DNA of 64,000 nucleotides from a bacterium (GTDB lineage Bacteria > Zhuqueibacterota > Zhuqueibacteria > Residuimicrobiales > Krinioviventaceae). The translations under genes and the position numbers were made by a program. The notes beneath the pieces are model-generated. The model saw nothing but the letters and a program-made list of their open reading frames with translations. It did not search any database and was not told the DNA's origin. Positions 9,186-18,991 of this stretch are shown piece by piece. How positions within the stretch are numbered: position 1 is the first letter of the stretch; every line of letters starts with the position of its first letter. The stretch covers positions 3,040,001 through 3,104,000 of the forward strand of contig OY843751.1 in the NCBI GenBank assembly GCA_963693055.1, read 5' to 3'.

Positions 9186-10802
9186 ATGAAAATCAGAATA
9201 CACCAACTCTTTTTAAAACTAGAGTATAAAGAAAGTGATATTTTAAAATTTGCAGCAAAAAAATTAAACTGCAAGCCTGAATCTTTATCAATCATCAGAG
9301 TGAACAAACGATCCATAGATGCACGCCCCAGACATCCCGAACCTTTGTACACTTTGTCTGTTGATGTTGAATTTACCGGAAACAATTTATCCGGTAAATT
9401 TAAACCAAACGAAGTTCAAATTCTATCAGAACCGGATAATCTTGTCTCAAATTTTTCACCGGTCAAAGCCCACAATCCATTCCCTCCAGTTGTTATTGGA
9501 GCAGGACCCGCAGGGCTCTATGCAGCTTTGGTTCTTGCCGAATCGGGATTAAACCCCATACTCATCGAGAGAGGGTCTGCCGTTTCGGAACGTTCAAATC
9601 ATGTTGAACAATTTTGGACAAAAGATATTCTCAACGTAGAAAGTAATGTCTTGTATGGAGAAGGAGGCGCCGGACTTTTTTCGGATGGCAAACTGACTGC
9701 CCGCAGTAAAGATAAACCCCGTATCCGATATCTGTTACAAACACTGGTAGAAAACGGAGCACCTAAAGACATTTTATTAGATTGGGAGCCTCACGTAGGT
9801 ACTGATCTGCTAGCCACTATAGTTCCCAGTATGCGTAATAAAATCATATCGCTTGGTGGTACCGTTAAATTCAATTCTCAATTAATTGATCTGGTAAAAA
9901 AAGATAAAAAGCTGGTTGCCGTACAACTCGAGAATGAAACCATTGAAACAAATCACTGTATTCTTGCAACCGGACATAGTGCACGGGATGTTTATGATAT
10001 GTTACATCAGGCAGGTGTTCCCTTACAGTCAAAGCCCATTGCAATTGGTGTGCGTGTTGAAGTTCCTCAAATACAGGTTAATCATGCACAATGGGGAAAA
10101 TTTGCAGAGCACCCCAAACTGGGTGCAGCAAGTTACCGGTTAACACGAAAGAGCCAACAGAACGCACGTGCCTGTTATAGCTTTTGCATGTGCCCCGGTG
10201 GAACGGTAATATCTTGTGCATCAACAGAGGGTGAATTTACAACAAATGGCATGAGTCATTCTACCAGAGGCGGAAACTTTGCAAATGCCGCATATCTGGT
10301 CCCTGTAAATCCTGACGATTATTTTAATGCAATAGATCCATCAGGACAGAATGTACTTGCCGGGTATCGCTATCAACAGGAGATTGAGAAAAAAGCATAT
10401 CTAGCCGGTGGTGGAAATTATCATATACCTGCCTCTACTTTGCCGGATTTTTTAAATAAAAGTCATCCTACCTCCATCCCCAATGAACGATCCTGGCATT
10501 TTGCTTTTCCAGCAAACCTATATGATATTTTACCTGAATTCATTACAAATACATTAAAGGTTCAAGTCCCTCAAATGCTCAAAGAATTAAACAGAGTTGA
10601 TCCTGGTGATGTATTAATCTATGCACCGGAAACGCGCAGTTCAAGTCCTATTCGTATAGAACGTAATGAAAATGGCGAATCTACAGGATTAACAGGATTG
10701 TTTCCGGCTGGTGAAGGTGCAGGTTATGCAGGAGGAATCGTTAGTTCTTCAATAGATGGTATCAAAGCGGCAGAAGCAGTTATTAAGTCAATTGTGACAT
10801 AA
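9186..10802 (+). CDS. FAD-dependent oxidoreductase (COG2509-like)
   Basis: VIGAGPAG, GEGGAGLFSDGKL, FCMCPGG, ETRSSSP, GEGAGYAGGI. Confidence 0.85.
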   Translation: MKIRIHQLFLKLEYKESDILKFAAKKLNCKPESLSIIRVNKRSIDARPRHPEPLYTLSVDVEFTGNNLSGKFKPNEVQILSEPDNLVSNFSPVKAHNPFPPVVIGAGPAGLYAALVLAESGLNPILIERGSAVSERSNHVEQFWTKDILNVESNVLYGEGGAGLFSDGKLTARSKDKPRIRYLLQTLVENGAPKDILLDWEPHVGTDLLATIVPSMRNKIISLGGTVKFNSQLIDLVKKDKKLVAVQLENETIETNHCILATGHSARDVYDMLHQAGVPLQSKPIAIGVRVEVPQIQVNHAQWGKFAEHPKLGAASYRLTRKSQQNARACYSFCMCPGGTVISCASTEGEFTTNGMSHSTRGGNFANAAYLVPVNPDDYFNAIDPSGQNVLAGYRYQQEIEKKAYLAGGGNYHIPASTLPDFLNKSHPTSIPNERSWHFAFPANLYDILPEFITNTLKVQVPQMLKELNRVDPGDVLIYAPETRSSSPIRIERNENGESTGLTGLFPAGEGAGYAGGIVSSSIDGIKAAEAVIKSIVT

Positions 10803-10837
10803 AAAAAGCCCGGCTCTCTCATTCCGGGCTTTTTTTT
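10801..10837. terminator. Bidirectional intrinsic terminator
   Basis: AAAAAAAGCCCGG-loop-CCGGGCTTTTTTTT between convergent genes. Confidence 0.85.
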
Positions 10838-10865
10838 CATCATCTTTGGAGGAAGATGTTACATT

Positions 10866-11492
10866 TTATTTCATAAACTTTTTATAGCGTTCATTAATGC
10901 GTCCCCAATGCAAATTATCAAGAAAATTATCGATATATGTAGCACGTCCGGGACCATCTTTATGATAATATGCATGTTCAAACACATCCAGTGAAATCAA
11001 GGGAATACCACCCCAAATTGCACCATATTGATGTTCATCAACCAGAACATTTAACAGTCTCTTTGAGTAGAGTGAATCAAACACGAGTAATCCCCAGCCA
11101 CTCAACTTGGCAGAAAAAGCGGTTGCTTTAAAGTCTTCTTTCCACTTTTCAAAAGAACCAAACTCTTTTTCAATAGCAGCCAACACATCGGGACCTTTTG
11201 ATGGATCACCATCTCCACCCATTACTTCCCAATATACATCATGAAGCAATGCACCAGAGTGGTTCCAGGTCAGTCTTCTTTTCAGTTCACCAATTTCGCT
11301 GTAATTGCCATTGGCTTTTGAGCGGTCTGAAGATTCCAAACCTTTTTCAATTGTATTAAGCGCTGCTACATAACCTTTATGGTGTTTATTATAATGCCAG
11401 TCCGAAGTTTCCGGACTAACAACATTCGACAACAATGTTTTAGCTTCTTCATCGCTATAAGGGCGATTTCCAATTTTCCATTCGTATGACAT
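10866..11492 (-). CDS. sod: Fe/Mn superoxide dismutase
   Basis: HYNKHHKGY, LH and DVFEHAYY ligand motifs; start reassigned to ATG at 11492 after AAGGAG. Confidence 0.9.
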   Translation of the reverse strand: MSYEWKIGNRPYSDEEAKTLLSNVVSPETSDWHYNKHHKGYVAALNTIEKGLESSDRSKANGNYSEIGELKRRLTWNHSGALLHDVYWEVMGGDGDPSKGPDVLAAIEKEFGSFEKWKEDFKATAFSAKLSGWGLLVFDSLYSKRLLNVLVDEHQYGAIWGGIPLISLDVFEHAYYHKDGPGRATYIDNFLDNLHWGRINERYKKFMK

Positions 11493-11634
11493 GATGTTCT
11501 CCTTAATGTTGTTCTTTATCCTTTCAAGCAAGGATGTATACAACAGAACCCTATTACCGGTTATTCCAAATTTTTTAAAAATGATAAATATTATGATATT
11601 CATTAAAGAGGCAGAATGGGCCAAGAATTCATGC

Positions 11635-11663
11635 TTGCAATTTTTAATTAAAAGTCGTATTGT
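11635..11663 (+). promoter_or_regulatory. Putative sigma70 promoter for the TPR-TBDT-exbBD-tonB operon
   Basis: TTGCAA-N17-TATTGT. Confidence 0.45.
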
Positions 11664-11777
11664 TTGGAATGTATTTTATAAAATGTAAAACAACGTAATG
11701 AATGCAAAAACAATGGAACCAGCACTCTTTTAATATCGTCTATTAATATAATAATCAATTATTTATCCGGGAAGAGA

Positions 11778-14700
11778 ATGATAAAAAAACTTTTTCTATT
11801 TCTGATCCTGTTTAATTCGGTTTATCTATTTGCACAAACAACCGGTTCACAGGCCGATAATGACTTTTATGTTGCTAAAGGAATGTATAACGATCAGTTA
11901 TATGATCTGGCAGCATCTCAATTTCGGGAATTCCTCAGTAAACATGGAGACAATTCTTTGGCTGAGGAAGCACAATTCCTGCTTGGAGAATGCTATTATC
12001 AAAGTGGAGATTATTCACGTGCTGTAACGGAATATAAAAAATTATTATCCGATTACCCGGCTATTGGTTTCAGGGACAAAGCCTATTATCGTATTGGAGA
12101 AACCATGGTTAATTCAGGCCAATATGAAGAAGGTATAAAAGCATTTCAAATCTTTTTGTCACAATACCCCAAAAGTACTTTGTTGACAGATGCGTATTAC
12201 TGGTATGCCGAAGCATTATATCATACCGGAAATAACACCAAAGCACTTGAATATTATGCGCGTGTCTATAATATGGACAAATCCGGTCCCCTGGCTGATT
12301 ACTCTTTTTATTCTGCTGCATTTATTTATGAAGAAATGAAAAAATGGGACCAGGCTCTTAAAGCTTATCAACTTTTGTTAAAAAATCACCCGTCAAGTCC
12401 GCTTGTACCACAAACCACCTATCGGATGGGTTTGGTCTATTTTGGTAAAAGCGAGTATGATACAAGTATAAAAATCCTGAATAAAGCGATCAAGAATTAT
12501 CCCCAAAACGATATGCGTTTTGAAGCCCAATATTTTATTGGAGAATCATATTTCAAGCTTGAACAATATGTAAAAGCGCTTGAAGCCTATAATTTGGTTG
12601 CTGTTGTTCCTGACAACAGTTATGCCGATGATGCGCATTACAGTATGGGATGGGCATATTTTAAGATTAACCAATTTGAAAATGCAGCACTCTCTTTCTC
12701 CCAAGCGGCTGAGATCAGTAATTCCAAAGGAATCATTTCATCATCATGGTTTCAGGCTGGCAGAAATCGCTTAAAACTGGGGCAAACAGATCAGGCATCA
12801 CAACTTTTTAAAAGAGTCATTCTGAACCACCCGGATTCCAAAGATGCACCCAACGCTATGTATGAACTGGGTTCTATCGATTTTGATGCCAAACAAATTG
12901 CAGGCGCAAAACAATATTTTCAGGATATTGTAGACAAATATCCGGATTCTTCTATAGCAGGTCAGGCCTCCCTTATGATTGGAGAATGTTACCTTTTGGA
13001 TAATGATCCAGAAACAGCTTTAAAGGCATTTCAAACAACGGAAACCTCATACCAATCTGCTTTTATTCAGGCAAATGCATTATTCAAGATGGGTAAACTT
13101 TATTATAATACCGGTGATTATAGCAAAGCGCTTGAATATTTTAACAAAGTAAATGATAAATATTCAAATCAACTGGTGCATAGTGAATCCATGTTTTGGT
13201 TTGCGGAGACATTGTTTAAAACAAATGATTTCAAACAGGCATTAGCAGCTTATGATAAATTTATAAAATATTATCCCAATTCTCCCAAACTTGCAGAAGC
13301 ATGGTATGGGCTGGGTTATGCTGCAATTAAAACAGACAACTTTCAACAGGCTGAAAATGCGTTCAAAACCGCAAACAAACTTGCAGACAATCCATCTTTA
13401 AAAATTGATGCATTATTGAGAATGGGAGATGCAATTTTTAACACCAAAGAATATATCCGAGCCATTACCTATTATGAAAAAGCGTTAAATACAGATGCAT
13501 CTCATTCTCAAAAAGCAGAAGCTAATTTTCAAATTGGTTATTGTTATTACCGTAATACCAATTTCCATGTTGCAAAAAAATCATTTACCACTGTAACACA
13601 AGAATTTGGTGATACACAATATGCAGCAGAAGCGCAATATATGATTGGCAGATGTTCATTTCGTACCAATGATTTTCCTGAAGCCATAGCAGAATTCAAC
13701 TCTCTGTTGAGTAAATATCCCAAGAGCTCTTTTGCTGATGACGCAACTTATGCTATTGGAGACTGCTATTATAACCAGGGTGACTATGATAACGCAATAC
13801 AACAATACCGCAAATTGCTAGATACTTTTCCCAAAAGTGAATATGTGTCGGATGCTGTAAATGGCGTACAATGGTCAATGATGCAAAAAGGTGAATCTGA
13901 TGATGCCATGAATATGGTTGATGATCTTTTACCCAAAATAGACGATCCCAATGTTGCTGCCAAAGTGTTGATACGTAAAGCTGAATTTGCAGAAAACATG
14001 CAGCAGTATGATCAGGCAATTGCACAATATCAGCTTGTTTTAAGAGATTACCCCACCTCGGAAGCTGCTAAAAGTATGTATTATCATATTGGCAAAGTTT
14101 ATAATAAATTCAAAGACCCGGAAACCGCTGTTACAACTTTACAAAAGCAATGGGTACAATTTCCAGATACCAAAGCCGCGGCAGAAGCATTACTATTGGC
14201 AGCATTGATACATCAACGTCAAGGTAATCATGATGCTGCTATAGAAACTTTTGATAAATTCATCGGCAATTTCCCCGATCATGACAAGCTTGCAGAAGCA
14301 AATTATCTGGCTGGTAACTCATGGTACAGCAAAAACAACATGGAAATGGCCATCAAGTATTATCAAAATGCTATTACAATTAATAACAATGCAAGAACAA
14401 CAAACCAGGCAAATATCGGACTTGCCAGAATTTATATCAAAACCGGCAAAACCGAACCGGCTGAAAGTATTTTACACAGTCTCACCAGCCAAACAACAAT
14501 CGATGCAGATCTTGCGGCTGAAGCACATTATCTCATTGGTGAGGTTTACAAGGCACGTGAGGAATATCAAAATGCAGTAGTTGCATTCTTGAAAATAAAA
14601 TATATATTTACAACGGAAACGGATTGGGTTGTTCGGGGTATATACCAGGCTGCATTATGTAATGAAGAATTAAAAAAATATGACGAGTCTAGACGTCTCT

Positions 14701-14786
14701 ACAATTCAATCATTCGGGAATACCCCAATCAAACGGAATATCAGGAATACGCAAAGAACAGGTTGCAGCAATTGGCAGGGAAATAA
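11778..14786 (+). CDS. Large periplasmic all-TPR protein (BamD/CpoB-type repeats)
   Basis: Signal peptide, then about 25 repeats of the type A-Y-xxG-xxYY...YP-S across 1002 aa. Confidence 0.85.
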   Translation: MIKKLFLFLILFNSVYLFAQTTGSQADNDFYVAKGMYNDQLYDLAASQFREFLSKHGDNSLAEEAQFLLGECYYQSGDYSRAVTEYKKLLSDYPAIGFRDKAYYRIGETMVNSGQYEEGIKAFQIFLSQYPKSTLLTDAYYWYAEALYHTGNNTKALEYYARVYNMDKSGPLADYSFYSAAFIYEEMKKWDQALKAYQLLLKNHPSSPLVPQTTYRMGLVYFGKSEYDTSIKILNKAIKNYPQNDMRFEAQYFIGESYFKLEQYVKALEAYNLVAVVPDNSYADDAHYSMGWAYFKINQFENAALSFSQAAEISNSKGIISSSWFQAGRNRLKLGQTDQASQLFKRVILNHPDSKDAPNAMYELGSIDFDAKQIAGAKQYFQDIVDKYPDSSIAGQASLMIGECYLLDNDPETALKAFQTTETSYQSAFIQANALFKMGKLYYNTGDYSKALEYFNKVNDKYSNQLVHSESMFWFAETLFKTNDFKQALAAYDKFIKYYPNSPKLAEAWYGLGYAAIKTDNFQQAENAFKTANKLADNPSLKIDALLRMGDAIFNTKEYIRAITYYEKALNTDASHSQKAEANFQIGYCYYRNTNFHVAKKSFTTVTQEFGDTQYAAEAQYMIGRCSFRTNDFPEAIAEFNSLLSKYPKSSFADDATYAIGDCYYNQGDYDNAIQQYRKLLDTFPKSEYVSDAVNGVQWSMMQKGESDDAMNMVDDLLPKIDDPNVAAKVLIRKAEFAENMQQYDQAIAQYQLVLRDYPTSEAAKSMYYHIGKVYNKFKDPETAVTTLQKQWVQFPDTKAAAEALLLAALIHQRQGNHDAAIETFDKFIGNFPDHDKLAEANYLAGNSWYSKNNMEMAIKYYQNAITINNNARTTNQANIGLARIYIKTGKTEPAESILHSLTSQTTIDADLAAEAHYLIGEVYKAREEYQNAVVAFLKIKYIFTTETDWVVRGIYQAALCNEELKKYDESRRLYNSIIREYPNQTEYQEYAKNRLQQLAGK

Positions 14787-16471
14787 TGAAAACGAAAATA
14801 CTTTTATCCTTATTATTAATCGTTCCGGGGTTGCTGTTTGCTCAAAAAGTGGTTGCTCCCCCCTCTCGTATTACATTGCCATCGGATACGACACGTGTGG
14901 TACCGTCTTCATCCAAGGTTAACAGTCAAGATTCAACCTTGACTGTTCCCGAAGTACTTATTTATGGAAAAGATAAAACCACCAGAAATGTTAATGATAA
15001 AATCGATTTTAACCGGGAAACGCCAACGCTTTACAAACCTCAGCTTGAGCATGATCCTGTTAACAATATGATTACAAGTACACAAAACAAGCCTGAATAT
15101 GAAAGAACCTCAAATACAATGCAGCGTATGTCTTGGGCTGACTTGACAGGTGGTGGCTTTTCAACAGTAATTGCAAATGCCGGTTACTGGCAACGTATCA
15201 AAAAAGGGGATTTCAGAGTCAATGGAAATATTGATCGCAGCAGCGGTCAATATGATAACAGTGATTACACAATGGCAGGTCTTTCTGGTAATTTACATTA
15301 TATCTTCAACAAATCAAAAACTACTTCGTTCGCGGAATTGAATTCAAAAGATTTGGGTATGTTTAACTATCTTGGCAAACCACATATAAAACGCAACATC
15401 ACCAACCTGTATGCCGGTACAGAATGGTATTTAAACGTTAGTAAACTAGCGGACAGCAAGATTGGTTTTTATTTCAACAATTTATCAATAACAGATGATT
15501 CCAGCGCAACCGTTAATACCAGAGATCAGTTTACCTATAAACTATTCGGTGAATATAATCAACAATTTAAATATGCCATGGTCAAAGGTTTTGGTAATTT
15601 TGAAAGAGATTCTGATGATCTGGATAGAGTAAGCAATCATTCACATTTTGGCGAGTTAGGAGCAGAATTCAGTGGAAATCCTATAAGCACAGTAATGTTG
15701 TCAGCAGGATTAAAATACCAGTCTTTTAACTCTAACTTTTTAACATCTATTGACAAGGCTGCCCCCTTTGCCAAAGTTAATTTAATGCCGGTTAAAAACA
15801 TGGGCGTTACGTTACTGTACCAGAGTGGATTAGAATATACTCCTTTTACTGAATGGCTTTCTCAAAATCCATATGTGGTTTCCGGAATTGCAAGTACAGC
15901 CAATGAATTGAAATATAGATTACAATTTGATGTACAATATGAGCCCAAAGAAGGAATGCATCTGTTCTCAACCATTGATTATAAAGGATATGATCAATAT
16001 ATTTACTGGAACAGTCCCGATACTACAATGAATCCCATATCATTGAATAATCTGAACGATATGGATTTGCTATCTTTTAGTTTGGGTGGAAAATTTAATC
16101 TTTCTGAACGTTCAAGATTACAAATTGGGTTTACGAAATATCTGCCCAGTCTGAACGATACTACCGGATTTGTTCATAAAAATGTACCCTATATACCTGA
16201 ATATATGGTTCCTGTTAAGCTTATAATTGAACCTCTGAAAGGTACAACTATTTCTGTTGATGCTGAAATAATAGGTAAAAAATATATTGCTTCCAATCTG
16301 GATGAAACATTATCCGGTTATACTGTGTTTAATATTTCCGTGCAGCAATCATTTGGAAAAATATCTGCACATGTTAAATTACAAAATCTATTTGATTCTG
16401 AATTTAGTTATTGGTATAATTATCCACAAAAAGGTGTTCATTTGTTGGCAGGTATTAGCGCCAGATTCTAA
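14786..16471 (+). CDS. TonB-dependent receptor-like outer-membrane beta-barrel (short)
   Basis: Signal peptide, TonB-box-like PEVLIYG, amphipathic strands, C-terminal LQNLFD..Y..P..G...GISARF signature. Confidence 0.7.
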   Translation: MKTKILLSLLLIVPGLLFAQKVVAPPSRITLPSDTTRVVPSSSKVNSQDSTLTVPEVLIYGKDKTTRNVNDKIDFNRETPTLYKPQLEHDPVNNMITSTQNKPEYERTSNTMQRMSWADLTGGGFSTVIANAGYWQRIKKGDFRVNGNIDRSSGQYDNSDYTMAGLSGNLHYIFNKSKTTSFAELNSKDLGMFNYLGKPHIKRNITNLYAGTEWYLNVSKLADSKIGFYFNNLSITDDSSATVNTRDQFTYKLFGEYNQQFKYAMVKGFGNFERDSDDLDRVSNHSHFGELGAEFSGNPISTVMLSAGLKYQSFNSNFLTSIDKAAPFAKVNLMPVKNMGVTLLYQSGLEYTPFTEWLSQNPYVVSGIASTANELKYRLQFDVQYEPKEGMHLFSTIDYKGYDQYIYWNSPDTTMNPISLNNLNDMDLLSFSLGGKFNLSERSRLQIGFTKYLPSLNDTTGFVHKNVPYIPEYMVPVKLIIEPLKGTTISVDAEIIGKKYIASNLDETLSGYTVFNISVQQSFGKISAHVKLQNLFDSEFSYWYNYPQKGVHLLAGISARF

Positions 16472-16497
16472 ACAAACAGAAACAAGGAGTCACAATA

Positions 16498-17139
16498 ATG
16501 TCCATGATTGAAATCATCCTCAAGGGCGGTGTAATGATGATCCCCCTGGCCCTTTGCTCGGTAGTTGCACTTGCAATATTGATTGAACGGCTGGTATCTT
16601 TGAGAAAAATACAAATCAATGCCCGTACGTTTGTATTACAAGTCAAAAATCTGCTTCTTAGAAACCGAATTGATGAAGCAGTAGTTATGTGCAAAGAAAC
16701 ACCAGGCCCCATTGCTAAAATCACGCATGCAGGTTTGATGAAGCATGACCGTCCGCGCGAAGAAATCAAAGATTCCATTGAAGGCGCAGCCAAAGTCCAA
16801 ATTTATCATCTTGAACGTAATTTGGGTGTATTGGGAACTATAGCAGCTATTGCACCCTTGATCGGATTTTTGGGTACGGTTACAGGTATGATCAAAGCTT
16901 TTATGCAAGTTCAAACACTTGGCGGTAGTGTAGATGCAAGTGTATTGGCTGGCGGTATATGGGAAGCATTAATTACTACAGCAGCTGGTCTTAGTGTTGG
17001 TATTCCCGCATTGATTTTTTACAACTGGTTATTAAGCAAAGTTGAACGTCACGTATTTGATATGCAGGAAAGCTCAAACGAACTTATGGATGTATTCCTG
17101 GAAAAGGAGATTCAGAATGAACATCGAAACATCGCGTAA
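16498..17139 (+). CDS. exbB: MotA/TolQ/ExbB proton channel
   Basis: APLIGFLGTVTGMI and GIWEALITTAAGL. Confidence 0.9.
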   Translation: MSMIEIILKGGVMMIPLALCSVVALAILIERLVSLRKIQINARTFVLQVKNLLLRNRIDEAVVMCKETPGPIAKITHAGLMKHDRPREEIKDSIEGAAKVQIYHLERNLGVLGTIAAIAPLIGFLGTVTGMIKAFMQVQTLGGSVDASVLAGGIWEALITTAAGLSVGIPALIFYNWLLSKVERHVFDMQESSNELMDVFLEKEIQNEHRNIA

Positions 17140-17518
17140 ACGGATGGTAATGTTTTCCACCATCTCTTTGACCGATATTGTTCTGCTGTTACTAATCTTT
17201 TTTCTGCTGACTTCATCCTTTGTGGTTCAGCCGGGAATCAAAGTCAAATTGCCTAATGCAGCAAGTGGTCAGCAGGATGATTCGGATAAAATCTATGTCA
17301 CCATTACTTTGGACAACCAGATATTTTTGAACCAGAGACAGGTTTCCATCACCCAACTCGCGCAGCAAATGGGTCAAATGTTGAATGAAAATCCGCAAAA
17401 AATGGTTGTGATTAAAGCAGACAAAGACCTGTCACTTGAAAGAACAATCCGTATCGTAGATACTGCAAAGCTCGCCGGTGCTGAACGGTTTATGATTGCA
17501 ACTGAACCAGGATTATAA
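17117..17518 (+). CDS. exbD: ExbD/TolR biopolymer transport protein
   Basis: SLTDIVLLLLIFFLL, VKLP, IKADK; start at ATG 17117 after AAGGAG. Confidence 0.9.
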   Translation: MNIETSRKRMVMFSTISLTDIVLLLLIFFLLTSSFVVQPGIKVKLPNAASGQQDDSDKIYVTITLDNQIFLNQRQVSITQLAQQMGQMLNENPQKMVVIKADKDLSLERTIRIVDTAKLAGAERFMIATEPGL

Positions 17519-17522
17519 TTTT

Positions 17523-18317
17523 ATGAAAAATCTTTTTCAAAATTTAAATCTTAATAAAGCAATGGGAATATCTGTAATCTTTCATTTATTCCTTGTGCTA
17601 TTGTTTTATCTGGTGCATACCCAGATGGTTATGCCATCACCGGAATATGCGGAAATTTCATTTATGTCAAGTTCCAGCAAGACAGTACCCGTATCTACCA
17701 GACAACAAGCCAGACCACAGCCACCTAAACCCGTTACAAAGAAACAGGAACCAGCTCCAGAACCTGTTGCAAAAGAAGAAAAAACTCAACCGATTAATCT
17801 CCCAAAATTCAGAAACAGGTTGGATGAAGAAACAGAAATGATTAAACGGGATTATGGCAAAATGGATGCTTCATCATCAGCACAAAAAATAACACCAGAC
17901 AATTCTGTTTATGATCAACGCGCGCAAGCAATACCGGACGATAATGACAGGAGCTACTACCCTACCCCTTCCACTACAGAGAACGACGCAAAACCTTCTC
18001 TGGTAGAAAGAGATGGAGTAAAGCCGGGTGACTCGAATCAACCCTTTACTATTGAGGGTGATGCAGCCAAACGAACGTTGGTTAAAAAAGTTATCCCACA
18101 ATATCCACCGGGGCTGCAAAAAGAAGCTACAGTCAAAATAAGAGTTTTTGTTTTACCCAATGGTGAAATCGGTCAAATGCTTCCCGTACTTAAAGGAGAT
18201 TCGGTATTGGAAGAGATTACTTTAAAATCGTTAAGAGAATGGAAATTCAATCCATTACCTCCGGGTGAAAACAAAACTGTGCAAGGTATTGTAACCTTTA
18301 GATATGAATTAAGATAA
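17523..18317 (+). CDS. tonB: Energy transducer TonB
   Basis: TM with S-xxx-H (SVIFH), Pro-rich linker, C-terminal PQYP...WKFNP domain. Confidence 0.85.
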   Translation: MKNLFQNLNLNKAMGISVIFHLFLVLLFYLVHTQMVMPSPEYAEISFMSSSSKTVPVSTRQQARPQPPKPVTKKQEPAPEPVAKEEKTQPINLPKFRNRLDEETEMIKRDYGKMDASSSAQKITPDNSVYDQRAQAIPDDNDRSYYPTPSTTENDAKPSLVERDGVKPGDSNQPFTIEGDAAKRTLVKKVIPQYPPGLQKEATVKIRVFVLPNGEIGQMLPVLKGDSVLEEITLKSLREWKFNPLPPGENKTVQGIVTFRYELR

Positions 18318-18385
18318 AAATAATTTGAAATTCCCATTTTTTTTTATAATTTAACAATTGTAATTTAAAAAAAAGGAGCTGTCTA

Positions 18386-18991
18386 GTGAAAGTGTTTTAT
18401 ACTCTACTGATCGTATTGTTATCATCAAGCTTTGTTTTAGCAGAAGAAACACTTTTCAGTGGAGATATTACTCATGGAGGTTATGGCGGCCCCAGTTTCA
18501 AAGTCGGTAAAGTATACAACAGTACCGCATTATGGGTTGGTGGAGGCGGCGGCTGGATCATTAACCATCAATTCGTTATTGGTGGCGCTGGATATGGAAT
18601 GGTTTCTGAACTCCGTGCCCCGTCAGTTGTTCAACCCGTAGACGGTACAGATCTTGAATATTTTATTGATCTGGGATATGGCGGTTTGCTGCTTCAATAT
18701 ATTGCTAATTCAGACAAACTCGTTCACTATACTATAGGAGCACTCGTTGGTGCTGGTGGTATCAGTTATTCTGACAGAAGATCTACAACTGAATATGAAA
18801 TAACAGATAGTGACGCCTTTATGGCTATTGAACCCGGGCTGGATGTTGTATTAAATATGACCCGTAATTTCAGACTTGCGTTTGGAGTTAAATACTTGTA
18901 TATATCTGGGTTAAATGGAATGCCGGGATTAGAAAGTTCAGATATCAGCAGTCCCCAATTTCATATAATGCTTAAATTCGGTACTTTTTAA
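18386..18991 (+). CDS. Small outer-membrane beta-barrel protein
   Basis: Signal peptide, Gly/aromatic-rich alternating strands, terminal Phe. Confidence 0.65.
   Translation: MKVFYTLLIVLLSSSFVLAEETLFSGDITHGGYGGPSFKVGKVYNSTALWVGGGGGWIINHQFVIGGAGYGMVSELRAPSVVQPVDGTDLEYFIDLGYGGLLLQYIANSDKLVHYTIGALVGAGGISYSDRRSTTEYEITDSDAFMAIEPGLDVVLNMTRNFRLAFGVKYLYISGLNGMPGLESSDISSPQFHIMLKFGTF

Noticed and set aside
11493-11624. 44-aa N-terminal extension of SOD in the ORF track
   Set aside because: A strong AAGGAG precedes ATG 11492 and the extension spans AT-rich promoter DNA
11778-14786. Possible DNA tandem repeat or CRISPR-like periodicity
   Set aside because: The periodicity is only protein-level TPR repeats; no conserved nucleotide repeats or spacers seen here or elsewhere in the window
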